A stretch of 64,000 bases of DNA. Source: Microbotryum violaceum (lineage: Eukaryota). The notes beneath the pieces are model-generated. The model had not been told where the DNA came from. It saw nothing but the letters and a program-made list of their open reading frames with translations, and made no database searches. The stretch covers positions 1,798,001-1,862,000 of the forward strand of contig CDLV01000009.1 of NCBI GenBank assembly GCA_001244265.2, in the 5' to 3' direction. The position numbers and the translations under genes are program-made. The first letter of the stretch is position 1; each line of letters starts with the position of its first letter. Positions 1-10,683 of the stretch are shown in pieces.

Positions 1-1884
1 GGCGAAGTTCTTGAAGTGCATCAAGGCAGGAATGGATCGGGATTAAGTGCTTGACAGATGCAGTGGGACGGAGAGAGAGAAGAGCGAAGATGAGATTCAG
101 ACGATTCATACTCGCGGAACCGCTGATGCGAGACGGCGAGCGAAAGCGGCCCCTGATGCCGTGCTAGCCGTAGCGGGGAGAGGGCCGCGCCGGCCACGAC
201 TCCTCTTCTTGGAGTCATGCAGCTTATCTCAAGGAACATCATCACCGCTAGCAACATCTTTACACCACGTGACACTGCACAATCCCCCTGTCTAGGGAGA
301 ACCTCTTGATCACGTATCCAATCGAAAGTATCAGATGACCGGCCTCGACGGAGTCGCGCCGTCCGCGACCCCTGTCTTGCAGGAAGTGGAGGAGTAAGGA
401 GTGTCACCTGCTTGCCTCGTGGTTAGCGTTCCACTTCAAAATCAGAGATCGAGTCTGTCATGGTTGCTGGGTTCATAGTCCCAATCTTCATCAGCTGCAC
501 GCCACTATATCCGCTCCTTCACACCGGGGAGCACCGATCTGCTCTCTATGTTGTCTACCACATCATCTCGTTCGTTTTTGACGAAATGCCTTGCTCAACA
601 GCTGGGTGAGCTCCAACACTGCAGACGAAACCAAGGCGTCTGCGAAGTAAGGGAGCTTTCTCTCTCGGTGCGGCCACAAGATCGAACCCTCTCTACCGTC
701 TCGTCAATGCCGCTCTTTTTCCATCATCAAGGGCGGGCTCCTTTCGCTCTCACTCGTACGGCTTCACCTCATTCAACGCCTCCGCTGAAATTGGCAACAT
801 TACCGTTCGGTTCATCTTCAAGTCCCACGACGCACCCCACTACTATTCAGTTCCGTTTCCCTTCTGATAAAAATCGGCGGCCGTCTCGAGGACGCACTCC
901 TCAACATGACCGACCCCCAACTTCATCTACATTTTGTGAAATAGGGTCCATAAGCTAAGAGATGAATTACGGGTGTTTATCTTATAATACCCGATGTGGT
1001 CATAGTTTGACAGGGTGCTGGTGTTTGCCTTGGACTGTCCGCAATTAGTTATCTGTGTCTTGACATATGCTCGTTCGAAACCGGATGGTATCTCAGGCTG
1101 CATGAAATACTTCCAGACAATTGCTCATCACAGTTGACGCCTCCTGTGGTCTCTTCCACGTCCCTATGGCCGTCGCTCAAGCGCCCATCTGCAGCAAACA
1201 TGACAGGAGCTTGATCAGGGAACCCTGCGCCTCGAGCCTCAGACAGATATAGAAAAAAAGGTCAGACGCCTAGGTTTTGAGCTATGTATACGTATGCGAA
1301 GTCTAACCGGGCGAGCAGGCATCAGCAGACATAGGACCCTTCGGCATCGCGTTAGTTCGTGCGTTTCCGTCGCCGCCGGCCCATCTGATACTTGGGCAGC
1401 CCCTCTCAGGCGTTCCAGGAAAATATCGGATTACTTGATAATCCTTCTGAGCCAGAGTATTCATCGAGTGACGTGCGGTAGCTCAGGCGGGGTTCACACC
1501 GACTTCAACCGAGGACTAATCGAATAGTAGCAAAATCAGCTGGTCGGAATGGTCAGCACGTGTGCGGTCGACACAAGAGTGTGATCCGGTGTGCCGGAAG
1601 GCTCGTCCACCCTCGAGACGACAATCCATGCACCATATTTCTTGTTTCTCTTTCTATCATTCAGATACTTTTATATCGGACACCGTTCTTCCGCTCCTTT
1701 CGCAGATTTGTGTGTCCTCCGTCGAACCTCCCGGCCGCCTCGGCGGCCCGAGTGTAGGGAGCTGACGGTCAAGGGGTCCTGCCCCTCGGGCTGCTCATCG
1801 GCGACGAATTTTCTGCGAGGTCGACCAACCCCGCAAAACCGTGATCGGCGCTCGTCGCAACGTATTCGACAACCCTGGGTGAGC

Positions 1885-2251
1885 GATCGTCCTCCGGGTG
1901 TCGGGGTTCTTGCGGGGGTGCTTGCCTTGGCGAAAATGTTCCTCCCCATCGTGTGCTTCTCGTTCCTGCTGGCTGAAACATTCTTGACCTGGGAGAAGGC
2001 CTCGTCGCTCGACCGGTATTTTTGAGAAAACAACATTGCCACAATCGAAGATATTACAACTCGCACGGTCATGTTGGTCCTCCTTACGGACTTCTGCGTC
2101 GTCCTCGGGCTCGTTGCGACAGCCTTCGCTCTAGCTTCCCCCATCCTGAACTGCTGCTGCGGACACCGGCGCCCGCATAGTCTCGGTCCACTCCCTGCTG
2201 GCGCCAACGTAGATCGTCCTCCGGTTGTCGGGGTTCTTGCGGGGGTGCTTG
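1885..2251 (+). repeat. 40-bp direct repeat (1885-1924 and 2212-2251)
   Basis: gatcgtcctccgg(g/t)tgtcggggttcttgcgggggtgcttg occurs twice with one mismatch. One copy abuts the left palindrome arm and the other lies in the loop. Confidence 0.95.
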
Positions 2252-2563
2252 TCGATTGTCGAGGTCCAGATCGACGGAGAGGAGCGAGACTGTGCGGGCG
2301 CGGGCGCCGGTGTCTGCAGCAGCAGTTCAGGATGGGGGAAGCTAGAGTGAAAGCTGTACATGTAGAAACGAGCCCGAGGAGGACGCACTGCAGAAGTCCG
2401 TGAAGAGGACCAGTATAACCGTGCGAGTTGCAATATCTTCGCATTTTGCAATTTCGTTTTGTCTAAAACATCGATCGAGCGACGGGACCTTCTCCCAGGT
2501 CAGGAATGTTTCAAGCAAGAGGAACGTGAAGCACACGATGGGGAAAAGCATTTTCGCCAAGGC
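1924..2563. repeat. Large imperfect inverted repeat (arms ~1924-2185 and ~2285-2563) with a ~100-bp loop
   Basis: gccttggcgaaaatg (1924) pairs with cattttcgccaaggc (ends 2563); ctagcttcccccatcctgaactgctgctgc pairs with gcagcagcagttcaggatgggggaagctag. ORF-track peptides on opposite strands are near copies (LAKMFLPIVCFSFLLAETFLTWEK vs LAKMLFPIVCFTFLLLETFLTWEK). Confidence 0.95.
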
Positions 2564-2713
2564 CGCGCAGAAGTACACGTAGAAGGTGGAGATGCGAGGC
2601 AGTGGAAAGCATTCAATTTGGGACGGAACGTTCTTCGACTCGAGTGGCTTACTTGACGGTGGGGCGGAGTGACGGACGCGATATGAAAGCCGTCACCCCC
2701 ATTCCGCTCACGA
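2285..2713 (-). pseudogene. Fragment of a multi-pass membrane protein gene (3' portion), frameshifted
   Basis: Minus strand reads FVSGMGVTAFI...FYVYFCAALAKMLFPIVCFTFLLLETFLTWEK...TVILVLFTDFC, then shifts frame to VLLGLVSTCTAFTLASPILNCCC. Its start matches the end of the fragment at 9013-9246. Confidence 0.55.
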
Positions 2714-2724
2714 AAAAGTTCCTA

Positions 2725-3575
2725 AAACCGGTGTCGCAATGTTATCAATATCGACGTGATCGACGGCGCATCTCACAGCATAAGCCGCACCCGCGCCCGC
2801 GCGCATGTCAACTACAGCGGGACCACGCCTGAGCTCTGTAGAAGAAGCGACATGCAAACCCACGCGCTTTCGACGCATTAAGTTATGCATGAACTGCTTA
2901 ACAGTTCCCCACCACATCGAAAATCGACAAAAATCGGCCTTGGGCTGTATCTCGACTTTTATGGTGTAGAAAATGCGGAAAGGGTCGTACATAACTTCTG
3001 GTCGAGACGTCGATACCACAGGCAGGTATTTCAGACTCAATAGTGTATTGATACATTCGCTATAAGCCGCCCTCCGGGCTGCAACACAGACAGAAACTCC
3101 GATTTTAGGTACAGGGGTCGCGGATCGACCTTTTTTTATCAAGAGGTAGTTACCCTAACTAGTAAAAAAAAAGTGTGAGTTAAGGAATGTACCTAAAATC
3201 GCTGTTTTTAACTAGGTTGCGGCCTCCGGGCCGCCTGTGGTGGATATACCAACATACTGTTGTGTCTGCCGCACCTGCCTGTGGTGTCCATGTTCCGATC
3301 AGAAGTCATGTACAAGCGCTGTAATGACTTTTGTATTTTCCGCGCCGTTCCAACGAAGCTACAGCGCTCCCAGTATTTTCCTTCACTTTTTCGCTCACAT
3401 AAAACAATGCTCCCACTCATATTGCATTTAATGAACCGCAAGCGCGTGGCTTTGCATGATATTGCTTCTACAGCAGAGCTCTGCCTGACGTGCGAGGCGA
3501 GGGCTGGCGTTTGTCACGTGATGCGGTGCGCCGGCGGTGGAGTGTCATTCCGGCATTCGACCAGCGGCATTAGGG
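2725..3575. repeat. Second large diverged palindrome centred near 3154, immediately upstream of the Helitron ORF
   Basis: Perfect 14-bp IR cgattttaggtaca (3100-3113)/tgtacctaaaatcg (3188-3201); centre tagtta-ccc-taacta; outer arms share agctctg..gaag..catgcaaa.ccacgcgct and gtacat.acttctg.tcg...accacaggcaggt. Confidence 0.85.
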
Positions 3576-3699
3576 GCTGAACAACAAATCAAACCATGTA
3601 AATAATCCTGCGCCACTCCCTCGAACCCTTCCTTTCTCCCTCCCACTCTCATCCAATTTTAGTGACACTCATTCAAGAACAAACCTTCGCTACTGTGTA

Positions 3700-6600
3700 A
3701 TGCCCCGGTCCCAAGGTCGCCAGGGAGGGCCATCGCAACCTCGCCAAGTCTTGGGCGCGAGGATAGCGCCGTACCATGGGCCTGCTCGAGCGCCCGCTGC
3801 CGGGCGCCCCGAGGCTCGACCCTCCTCTTCGTCCCGCTCCGATCAACAGAATCAGCCCCCGGCGCGTCATGTCAACAATTCAACCGATCTTGGCATTGCG
3901 ACACGTATACGAGCCCGCCGTGCAGCTGTGCAGAACGGACAGCGTGGTCAGCGCGATGGCCAACTCGACGCTGGGCTCGCCCCACCACCACCTCCTCCGC
4001 AAAGGCGAGTGCGCCGGGCTCGAATCGCGCTCAAACCCCTCAAGCCCGACGTTTTCGCAGGGCAAGGTGCAGCTACCTCCCCCTCCCCAGCCCAATCTCG
4101 AGTATCGGCAGCTTCTTCAAGGCTCGGATAGCGGTCAGTTGCTCCGTCCAACAACGTTCGTCTGCAGTAGACCCACATGCTGAACTGTTCTACCCACCCA
4201 CACAGAAGCTAAAGCATTCCGCGAGAATGCCCGGTCGTACAACAACGCGTTGTCGTTCACTTCGCTCGCTGCCCTCTGGGATCAAACTCAAGTGGGCACA
4301 CTAGGACCCCCGTGTTTCGCGTGTTTGGTCGCCTCTACCATCGACTCGGCGCCCTGATCCCTGTCGTGACTCAACGCCCAACCTTTGCTCAAACATGGCT
4401 GATCGACCCGGCCGAGGCCACCGACACTCGACTTGGACCCGACGGCGCAGACAGTCACATGCAACGATCTACTTTGACCAAGCTCGAGTCCATTCTGCGC
4501 ACCGGCCATCGCTTTGTGAGGGAGTTCGCATCGGCCAAAGCTCGCGCAGGTTGGGATACAGCCAAAGAGTGGATCCTACGCCTCTGCCTCCCGCCAGGCC
4601 GGGACCGACGTACCCACAACCTTCCTACGTCAAGCACGGAAATGGCGATGCTTATCTGCGATTCCGACACCAACATGGGAGATCGTGGACCTCAAGACCG
4701 TATTCTCCAGGTGCACGGTAATCGATGTCCCGATGGTCGGCCCCAAGTACCAAGTCATCAGCTCGCTCCATCCGTCTGCGTTGCCTCTCCGGTAGCCACT
4801 ACTATTTCCTGCAGGGGAAGATGGCTTCCACCCCAACATTTCTCTTTGCGGATTTCGCCAAGCTGGGCTGCCAATCACCAGAAACCGAGAGCAGATCGAC
4901 AATGGTGTCCAACCGCGCGAGGTACTTGCGGGTCTCAGTCTTGATGACGGAGGCGAAGAGGAGGACGATGAGGATGGTGATGGTGAACGTAAGCTAAGCG
5001 TCTTCGGCTCATTCTCATATACCTCTCTGTTGAGACGCACCCTCAGACTGACATAAATTGTTCGAAAATCTGGGACGAAGATCAAACAAGAGGGGTCGAG
5101 GTGGATCAACCCGAGTTTCGCGTTCCCAATACTTTGCATATCACTTGCGCGAACGCGACGACTACTTCTCCATTCCGCATGTCACCCAGCGTCTCTTCCT
5201 CGAGTTCGTGATTGACGGATACTCCCAAGTCGAGACCGATCGACTCAACTACATCCGGTTGCATCAAGAAAGTCTGCGCCTCACCACGGCCCAAGGCATC
5301 ACCGACGCTGTTGCCAACGGCCTGACCCCGGATCAAATTGGACGTTCGGTGATTTTGGGCTCGACGTTCAAGAATAGCCCGCGCGAGATCACACAGCACT
5401 ACCAAGATGCGATGGCTTGCGTCGTCAAATATGGAAAGCCTTCGCTGTTCATCACGGTGACGTGCAACCCGAATGGCCGGAAATCAAGGCTGCACTGGGG
5501 CCGAACGACAAAGCATGCAACCGTCCGGATCTCATTGCACGAGTGTTTGAAGCCAAGCTGAACCGACTCTGCGACGACGTTTTTGGCAACAAGCAACGTG
5601 CAGGCTGTTTTGGCGCGGTTCTGACGCATACACATGTGATTGAGTATCAGAAGCGGGGCCTGCCACATGCCCATATCCTCATCACCCTCGCGCCGGACGA
5701 TCATCCTTTGTCGACGGAAGCGATCGACAAGATGATCTCGGCCGAGATACCCGATCCTTCGCGCTATCCTGATCTCCACGAGACCGTCACAAAGCACATG
5801 CTGCATGGCAAGTGTGGCGGAAACTCGACTCAGCCCTGCATGGAGAAGGACAAGTACGGTAATCCGAGGTGCAAGCGCCATTTTCTTCGCGAACAGAACC
5901 CCCACACCCGCATGCACCCTGAAGGCTACCCGTTGTATCGCCGACGCTTTCGCCACGCCGTTGTCAAGGGGGTGTTATCTACAACGATGGTGACTGCGTG
6001 CCGTACTCGCCTTATCTCTGCGCCAAGTACAATGCGCATATCAATGTGGAGGCTGTGACAACGATCGGCGCGATCAAGTACCTCTTCAAATATGTGTACA
6101 AAGGTCCGGATCGAGCTGTGGCGCGTGTTGAGCGTGCAGCGAACGGTGAAGGGGCTCGCGAGGACGAACCGGTTCGAGATGAGATCAACGAGTTCGTCGA
6201 AGGTCGCTACATCAGTGCTCCAGAAGCGGTCCACCGCCTATTCAGATTCTCGGTCGGTAGAGTGTGGCCACCCGTCAATCGACTACCGGTCCATCTGGAG
6301 AATCAACAATCTGTGCAGATCAATCCCAATGAACCGCTGCCCCTCGACACTCCGCCCACTCGCTCCAAACTGACCGGCTTCTTCGACTTGTGCGCTGCAG
6401 CTCCCGACGGCGAGCTCACTACCACGTTGCTCTACACGAATGTGCCGCGCTACTACTCCTGGAATAAGGAGAAGTTGCGCTGGAAACGCCGAGTCCATGA
6501 TCGCAATGTCATTGGACGAATCCACACCGTCCCACTGCGTAGTGGGGAGCGCTTTTACCTCAGACTGCTCCTCGAGGTCGTCATGGGCCTGACATCGTTT

Positions 6601-8728
6601 GCGGACCTGCTCATGTTCGAAGACGTCGGGTATCCTTCCTATCGCGCCGCTTGCGGACTTCTCGCCGACGATGGCGAGCATCACATCTGTCTCAGGGAAG
6701 CTGCACAGATTGAAACCGGTGACCAACTACGCCGATTATTCGTGTTCATGCTCATCCATGCGACGGTTGCCAACCCACCAGCTTTGCTGGATCGTCACTT
6801 TGCTTCTCTTAGCGACGAAGCCCGTTATCACATCGAACGCTATGAAGACGTGCCCGTCAACGATCAAACCATCCGCCTGTGGACCCTCAACAAGATTCGT
6901 CTCCTCCTTGCGGCAAACGATCGAACTTTGGCCTTCTTTGATCTTCCCGAGCTGACCGAGGACGAAGTGCGGCTGTTTGATCGTCTCGAGGAACGGCTTC
7001 CCCGTTTTGATCGCCAGCAATGCGCGCAAGATGCCGAAGCAGCGCATGCCCGTCTGAACCACGACCAACGAATTGCATTTGACGAGTGTCTTTGCGCGGT
7101 CGAGCTCGATGTCGTCGATCAGATGCGCGACAACAACCTTGGGCCGCAGCATGTGTTTTTCCTGCTAGCACCTGGGGGTACTGGCAAGACTTTTGTGGAA
7201 AATGCCCTTCTCGATACTGTGCGAGCTCGAGGCGACCAAGCGATTGCGGTGGCGTCGTCCGGAGTAGCGGCGTTGCTTCTCAAGGGAGGACACACAGCGC
7301 ATTCAACTTTTCGAATCCCACTCGACACCTTGCCAACCTCGACGTGTCCAGTCGACAGGGAGAGTGATCTCGCGCTGATGCTGCGTACCACCAAGCTCAT
7401 CATTTGGGATGAAGCCCCAATGGCGCATCGATTCGCGGTGGAAGCTGTCGACCGTTTACTGCGTGATCTCCGAGAGACCGAGGAGCACTTCGGCGGGGTG
7501 ACAATGATCTTTGCGGGTCAGTTGGGCTCTTCCGCCTCCGCTCTGAACAGCGGCATGCTAACGAGGTTTCCAATTTGTAGGGGACTTTCGCCAGTGCCTT
7601 CCTGTCGTTCCCAAAGGAACTCCCGGTCAAATTGTCGATGCATCCCTCATCGAGGCAGACTTCTGGCGCGACATTCGTGTCTTGCGACTTACCGAGAACA
7701 TGCGTCTCAGCTCGAACGCTGATGCGATGGACGAGGCTCAATTGGCTCGAACGCGCGACTTTGCGGAATGGCTAGTCACCGTGGGAGATGGAACTGCCAA
7801 CATGCACCCATACGACAAGATTGCAGTACGTTTGGCTCCCCTCTTCTACCCAACCAACCGACACTAAGACCCCTTCTATCCGTTTCGCAGCTGCCTGGTT
7901 ACCTGCTGCTTCCGGACGGTCAAAGAACGGCCGAAGGGTTGATCAACTTTGTCTACCCCGGTTTAAGGACCGTGAACAAGGAGTCCCTCGAAGACCTGAT
8001 TCAGCTGTTCTCACGTCAGGCAATCCTAGCTCCGCATAATGCAACGGTCGATCGCATCAATGCCAAGCTGCTGGAAGAGTTCAATGGCGACTACATCGAG
8101 TATCGCAGCGCAGAAGAGGTCGTTGAGGCAGGCGAAACTGGGGGTGGAATGGCGCCGGAACTGATTTTGCCAGAGTATCTACATTCAATCAACCCATCCA
8201 ACTTCCCCGCGCATCACTTGCGACTCAAGGAAGGGATCCCCGTCGTTCTTCTTCGCAATTTGGACCCAGACGCGCGCCTCTGCAACGGTACCCGCCTGAT
8301 CGTGTCGCACGCAAGATCGAGTCATTCAAGCCATCATCTTGACCGGAGATCGAGCGGGCACCACGGTCTTCATCCCTCGCGTGCGACTTGAGACAAATTC
8401 GACTGGCAGTCGCCAACTTGGTTTCACTATGCGCCGGCTCCAATTCCCGCTTTGCGTTGCCTTGGCCATGACGATCAACAAAGCCCAAGGTCAATCACTC
8501 GATCATGTTGGCGTCGATCTCTCCCTACATCCCGTCTTCACTCATGGGCAGCTGTATGTGGCATTGTCTCGAGCCATGAGTGTTGATCGAATCAAGGTGC
8601 TACTGCCCTCTCGCGACCCCGCCGATGATGACGACGACCTACAAGCCGTTGATCGAGCGGCAGCCGCAGCCACCGCGACCCCAAACCCAGTATTCCGCTC
8701 TGTTCTCAGAGCAATGAATGGGGAATAG
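3700..8728 (+). pseudogene. Helitron Rep (HUH) + PIF1-like helicase gene with introns, frameshifts and a premature stop
   Basis: Rep motifs KYGKPSLFITVTCNP, VIEYQKRGLPHAHILI, KYLFKYVYKG; helicase motifs APGGTGKT, IIWDEAPM, GDFRQCLPV, MTINKAQGQSL, HGQLYVALSR. GT-AG introns at 4134-4205, 7517-7580, 7826-7890. Frameshifts near 4310, 4745, 5470, 5900-5980 and 8315; stop in LR*PLLFPAGEDG near 4793. Confidence 0.95.
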
Positions 8729-8829
8729 TACTGAAGCTGTCCTTTGTATTGTGTGTTTTACCTTTAACTGAGATCACGATTCTGCTATTTAATTTTCATC
8801 CTCCCGTTAATTTAACGGGTTCCCACTGG
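3700..8829 (+). mobile_element. Helitron (rolling-circle transposon), decayed autonomous-type copy; 5' end not resolved (lies upstream of 3700)
   Basis: RepHel coding remnants plus a 3' terminus: hairpin cccgttaa-t-ttaacggg (8803-8819) followed by CTGG (8826-8829) and T, matching the CTRR|T rule. Confidence 0.95.
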
Positions 8830-8833
8830 TTAC

Positions 8834-9012
8834 TGTTGTTGTAGGAGCGTCTCTAGTTACGTGGCGTCGATAGATGACCTATTGTGAGATAGTGGGTCGC
8901 TAAAGGTCAATCAACTGTAACAGAGACGCTCCTACAACAACAGGTTATGAGTCCATCAGAGACCATTGCTCAGGAGTCTGGGGAGATCAAGATAGCCAAG
9001 CTCGGCAAGGAT
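8834..9012 (+). mobile_element. Rearranged Copia fragment: 109-bp foldback mini-LTR (8834-8942) + PBS + first 22 codons of gag
   Basis: 8834-8925 matches the LTR at 46025/50416. 8922-9012 is the reverse complement of ~50346-50436 (LTR end, ggttatgagtcc [25 protein letters not shown]). 21-bp terminal IR tgttgttgtaggagcgtctct/agagacgctcctacaacaaca. Confidence 0.95.
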
Positions 9013-9246
9013 TGTATGAAAGCCGCGGTAGCCGTCACCCCGATTCCGCTCACGAAGACGAGCCCGGCGCCGAAGCGAAGGTATGACTTCACTCGTGTGT
9101 AGTAATATGTTACGATGGCGAAGCCACCCAAAGCCAAGAAGTAATTGAACACCACATGATCTGTTTAGTCAAAGGTCGCATGGGTATGATCACTTACACC
9201 AGTTTCCCGTCTGCTTTGTGATCTCGGTAGTAATTCGCATCGCCAT
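9013..9246 (-). pseudogene. 5' part of a membrane-protein gene truncated by the Copia fragment
   Basis: ATG at 9246; splicing a gtaagt...ctaaacag intron gives MAMRITTEITKQTGNWYHVVFNYFLALGGFAIVTYYYTRVKSYLRFGAGLVFVSGIGVTATAAFI (two hydrophobic helices), ending at the Copia junction. Confidence 0.55.
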
Positions 9247-10683
9247 GAAAAAAAGACATTTGACTCGCGGTCATCGACGACTATATAGTGAAGATGTCTC
9301 GCAGAAGACGTCGCCCAAGCGAATGTGTTGTCGAATGCGATGCGAAAGTATGACGGTGGAATAGACGGGCGTGAGGTGAGGTCGCTGGAGGGTGACGCGC
9401 GGTGACGTCAGAAACGGCGCCGCGGCGGCACTGGCACTGATGTGGGTCTGTTGTTCTGCAGGTCTGCTGGGAAAGAAGGGAGCGAGATGGGCAGTCAACA
9501 GCTGCCCGCCATTCTCTGAGAAAGCAGAGAGAAAAAGGGATAGGCTAGTCTGCTGAGAACTGAGCCGAGCGGTCGGCATAGACTCGGAGTCAGGGGGGGG
9601 GCTCTTCATCAGCCGATCATAAAACTGGCTGGAATTAGGAAACATATTTATCGCTCGATGACGTCGTTGTAGCAGGGGCAAAACACAAGCACACGGCTCC
9701 CCATCGCTCATATGTAGCATGTCTTAGGGGTAGGACGAGAGATTGCATGTTGAAATAATACAAGACCGCTACTGTTCAACGTCAAAGAAGAAGATCAGCC
9801 GATAGCATGATAACGCGAGAGGTGCTGCAGGACGGTGATGCTGCAAGATCGACGCTGCACGGCGCGAGTCCGATCTGACGTCGACCGGGCTTGAGATCTT
9901 GAGAGCTTGAGCCTCGGGTGCTGCCTTCATTCCAACCACATCCGAGTCCTTCCTCGCTCTGGCACATCACACAGCAAGGTCAGTAGCCGGCAGCATTAGT
10001 TCAGACCGATCCAGTTGCTGTCGCTGACCCCATGATCCCATCGTGCAATGTGTTTGTGTCCGGGCCCCTGTCAGCAGCTCCACACTCTACGCTCAGCCCA
10101 ACGCGATCCGTCATCCGACCGCTGCAGTACCGCAACCAAGCCACTCGTCAACTCGACTTGCATCAACTCACCCTTGATGAGTCAACAAGGTAGGTTGCAT
10201 TGTTGATCTTCGTCCGCGCTACCGTCCTCTGTTTCCCGTCCGTCACGCGACCGCACCGGGATGCACAATGGGCGGCGACGTCATTCATCACTCGCCTCGC
10301 CCAATCCGCCATCACCAACCTCGCTCTACGCGCATGCTGTATAGCTGATTCGAGCTCAAATGTAATCGCTTTCTCCTTGAACAATCGAGGCCTGAGACGC
10401 CTGCTCCAACCTAGGCACCAAGCTGCTCCTCTGGACCCGGGGGCGAGCGTCGTTCTACGAGCGTCCTCAACCCTTTATGCTCTTGCCCGACCACGCCTTG
10501 ACCGCGCACGATTTCTGAAGTGGCGCAGCTGACCTGTCTCATTCGTACGGCTGCACCTGCACAGGAAACCCGGAACCCGTTTCTGATAGCACCGACACGG
10601 CCCAAGCTTCGACCTCGTCTACCTCACCGCCGAACCTCTCACTCGATATTGCCGCCGTGAACGCGAGGGCACCCAAACCCGGC

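Noticed and set aside
290..376. Short matches (caggggtcgcgga, atcaagaggt) to the palindrome centre at 3112-3147
   Set aside because: Only 10-14 bp with different spacing; chance cannot be excluded without an alignment.
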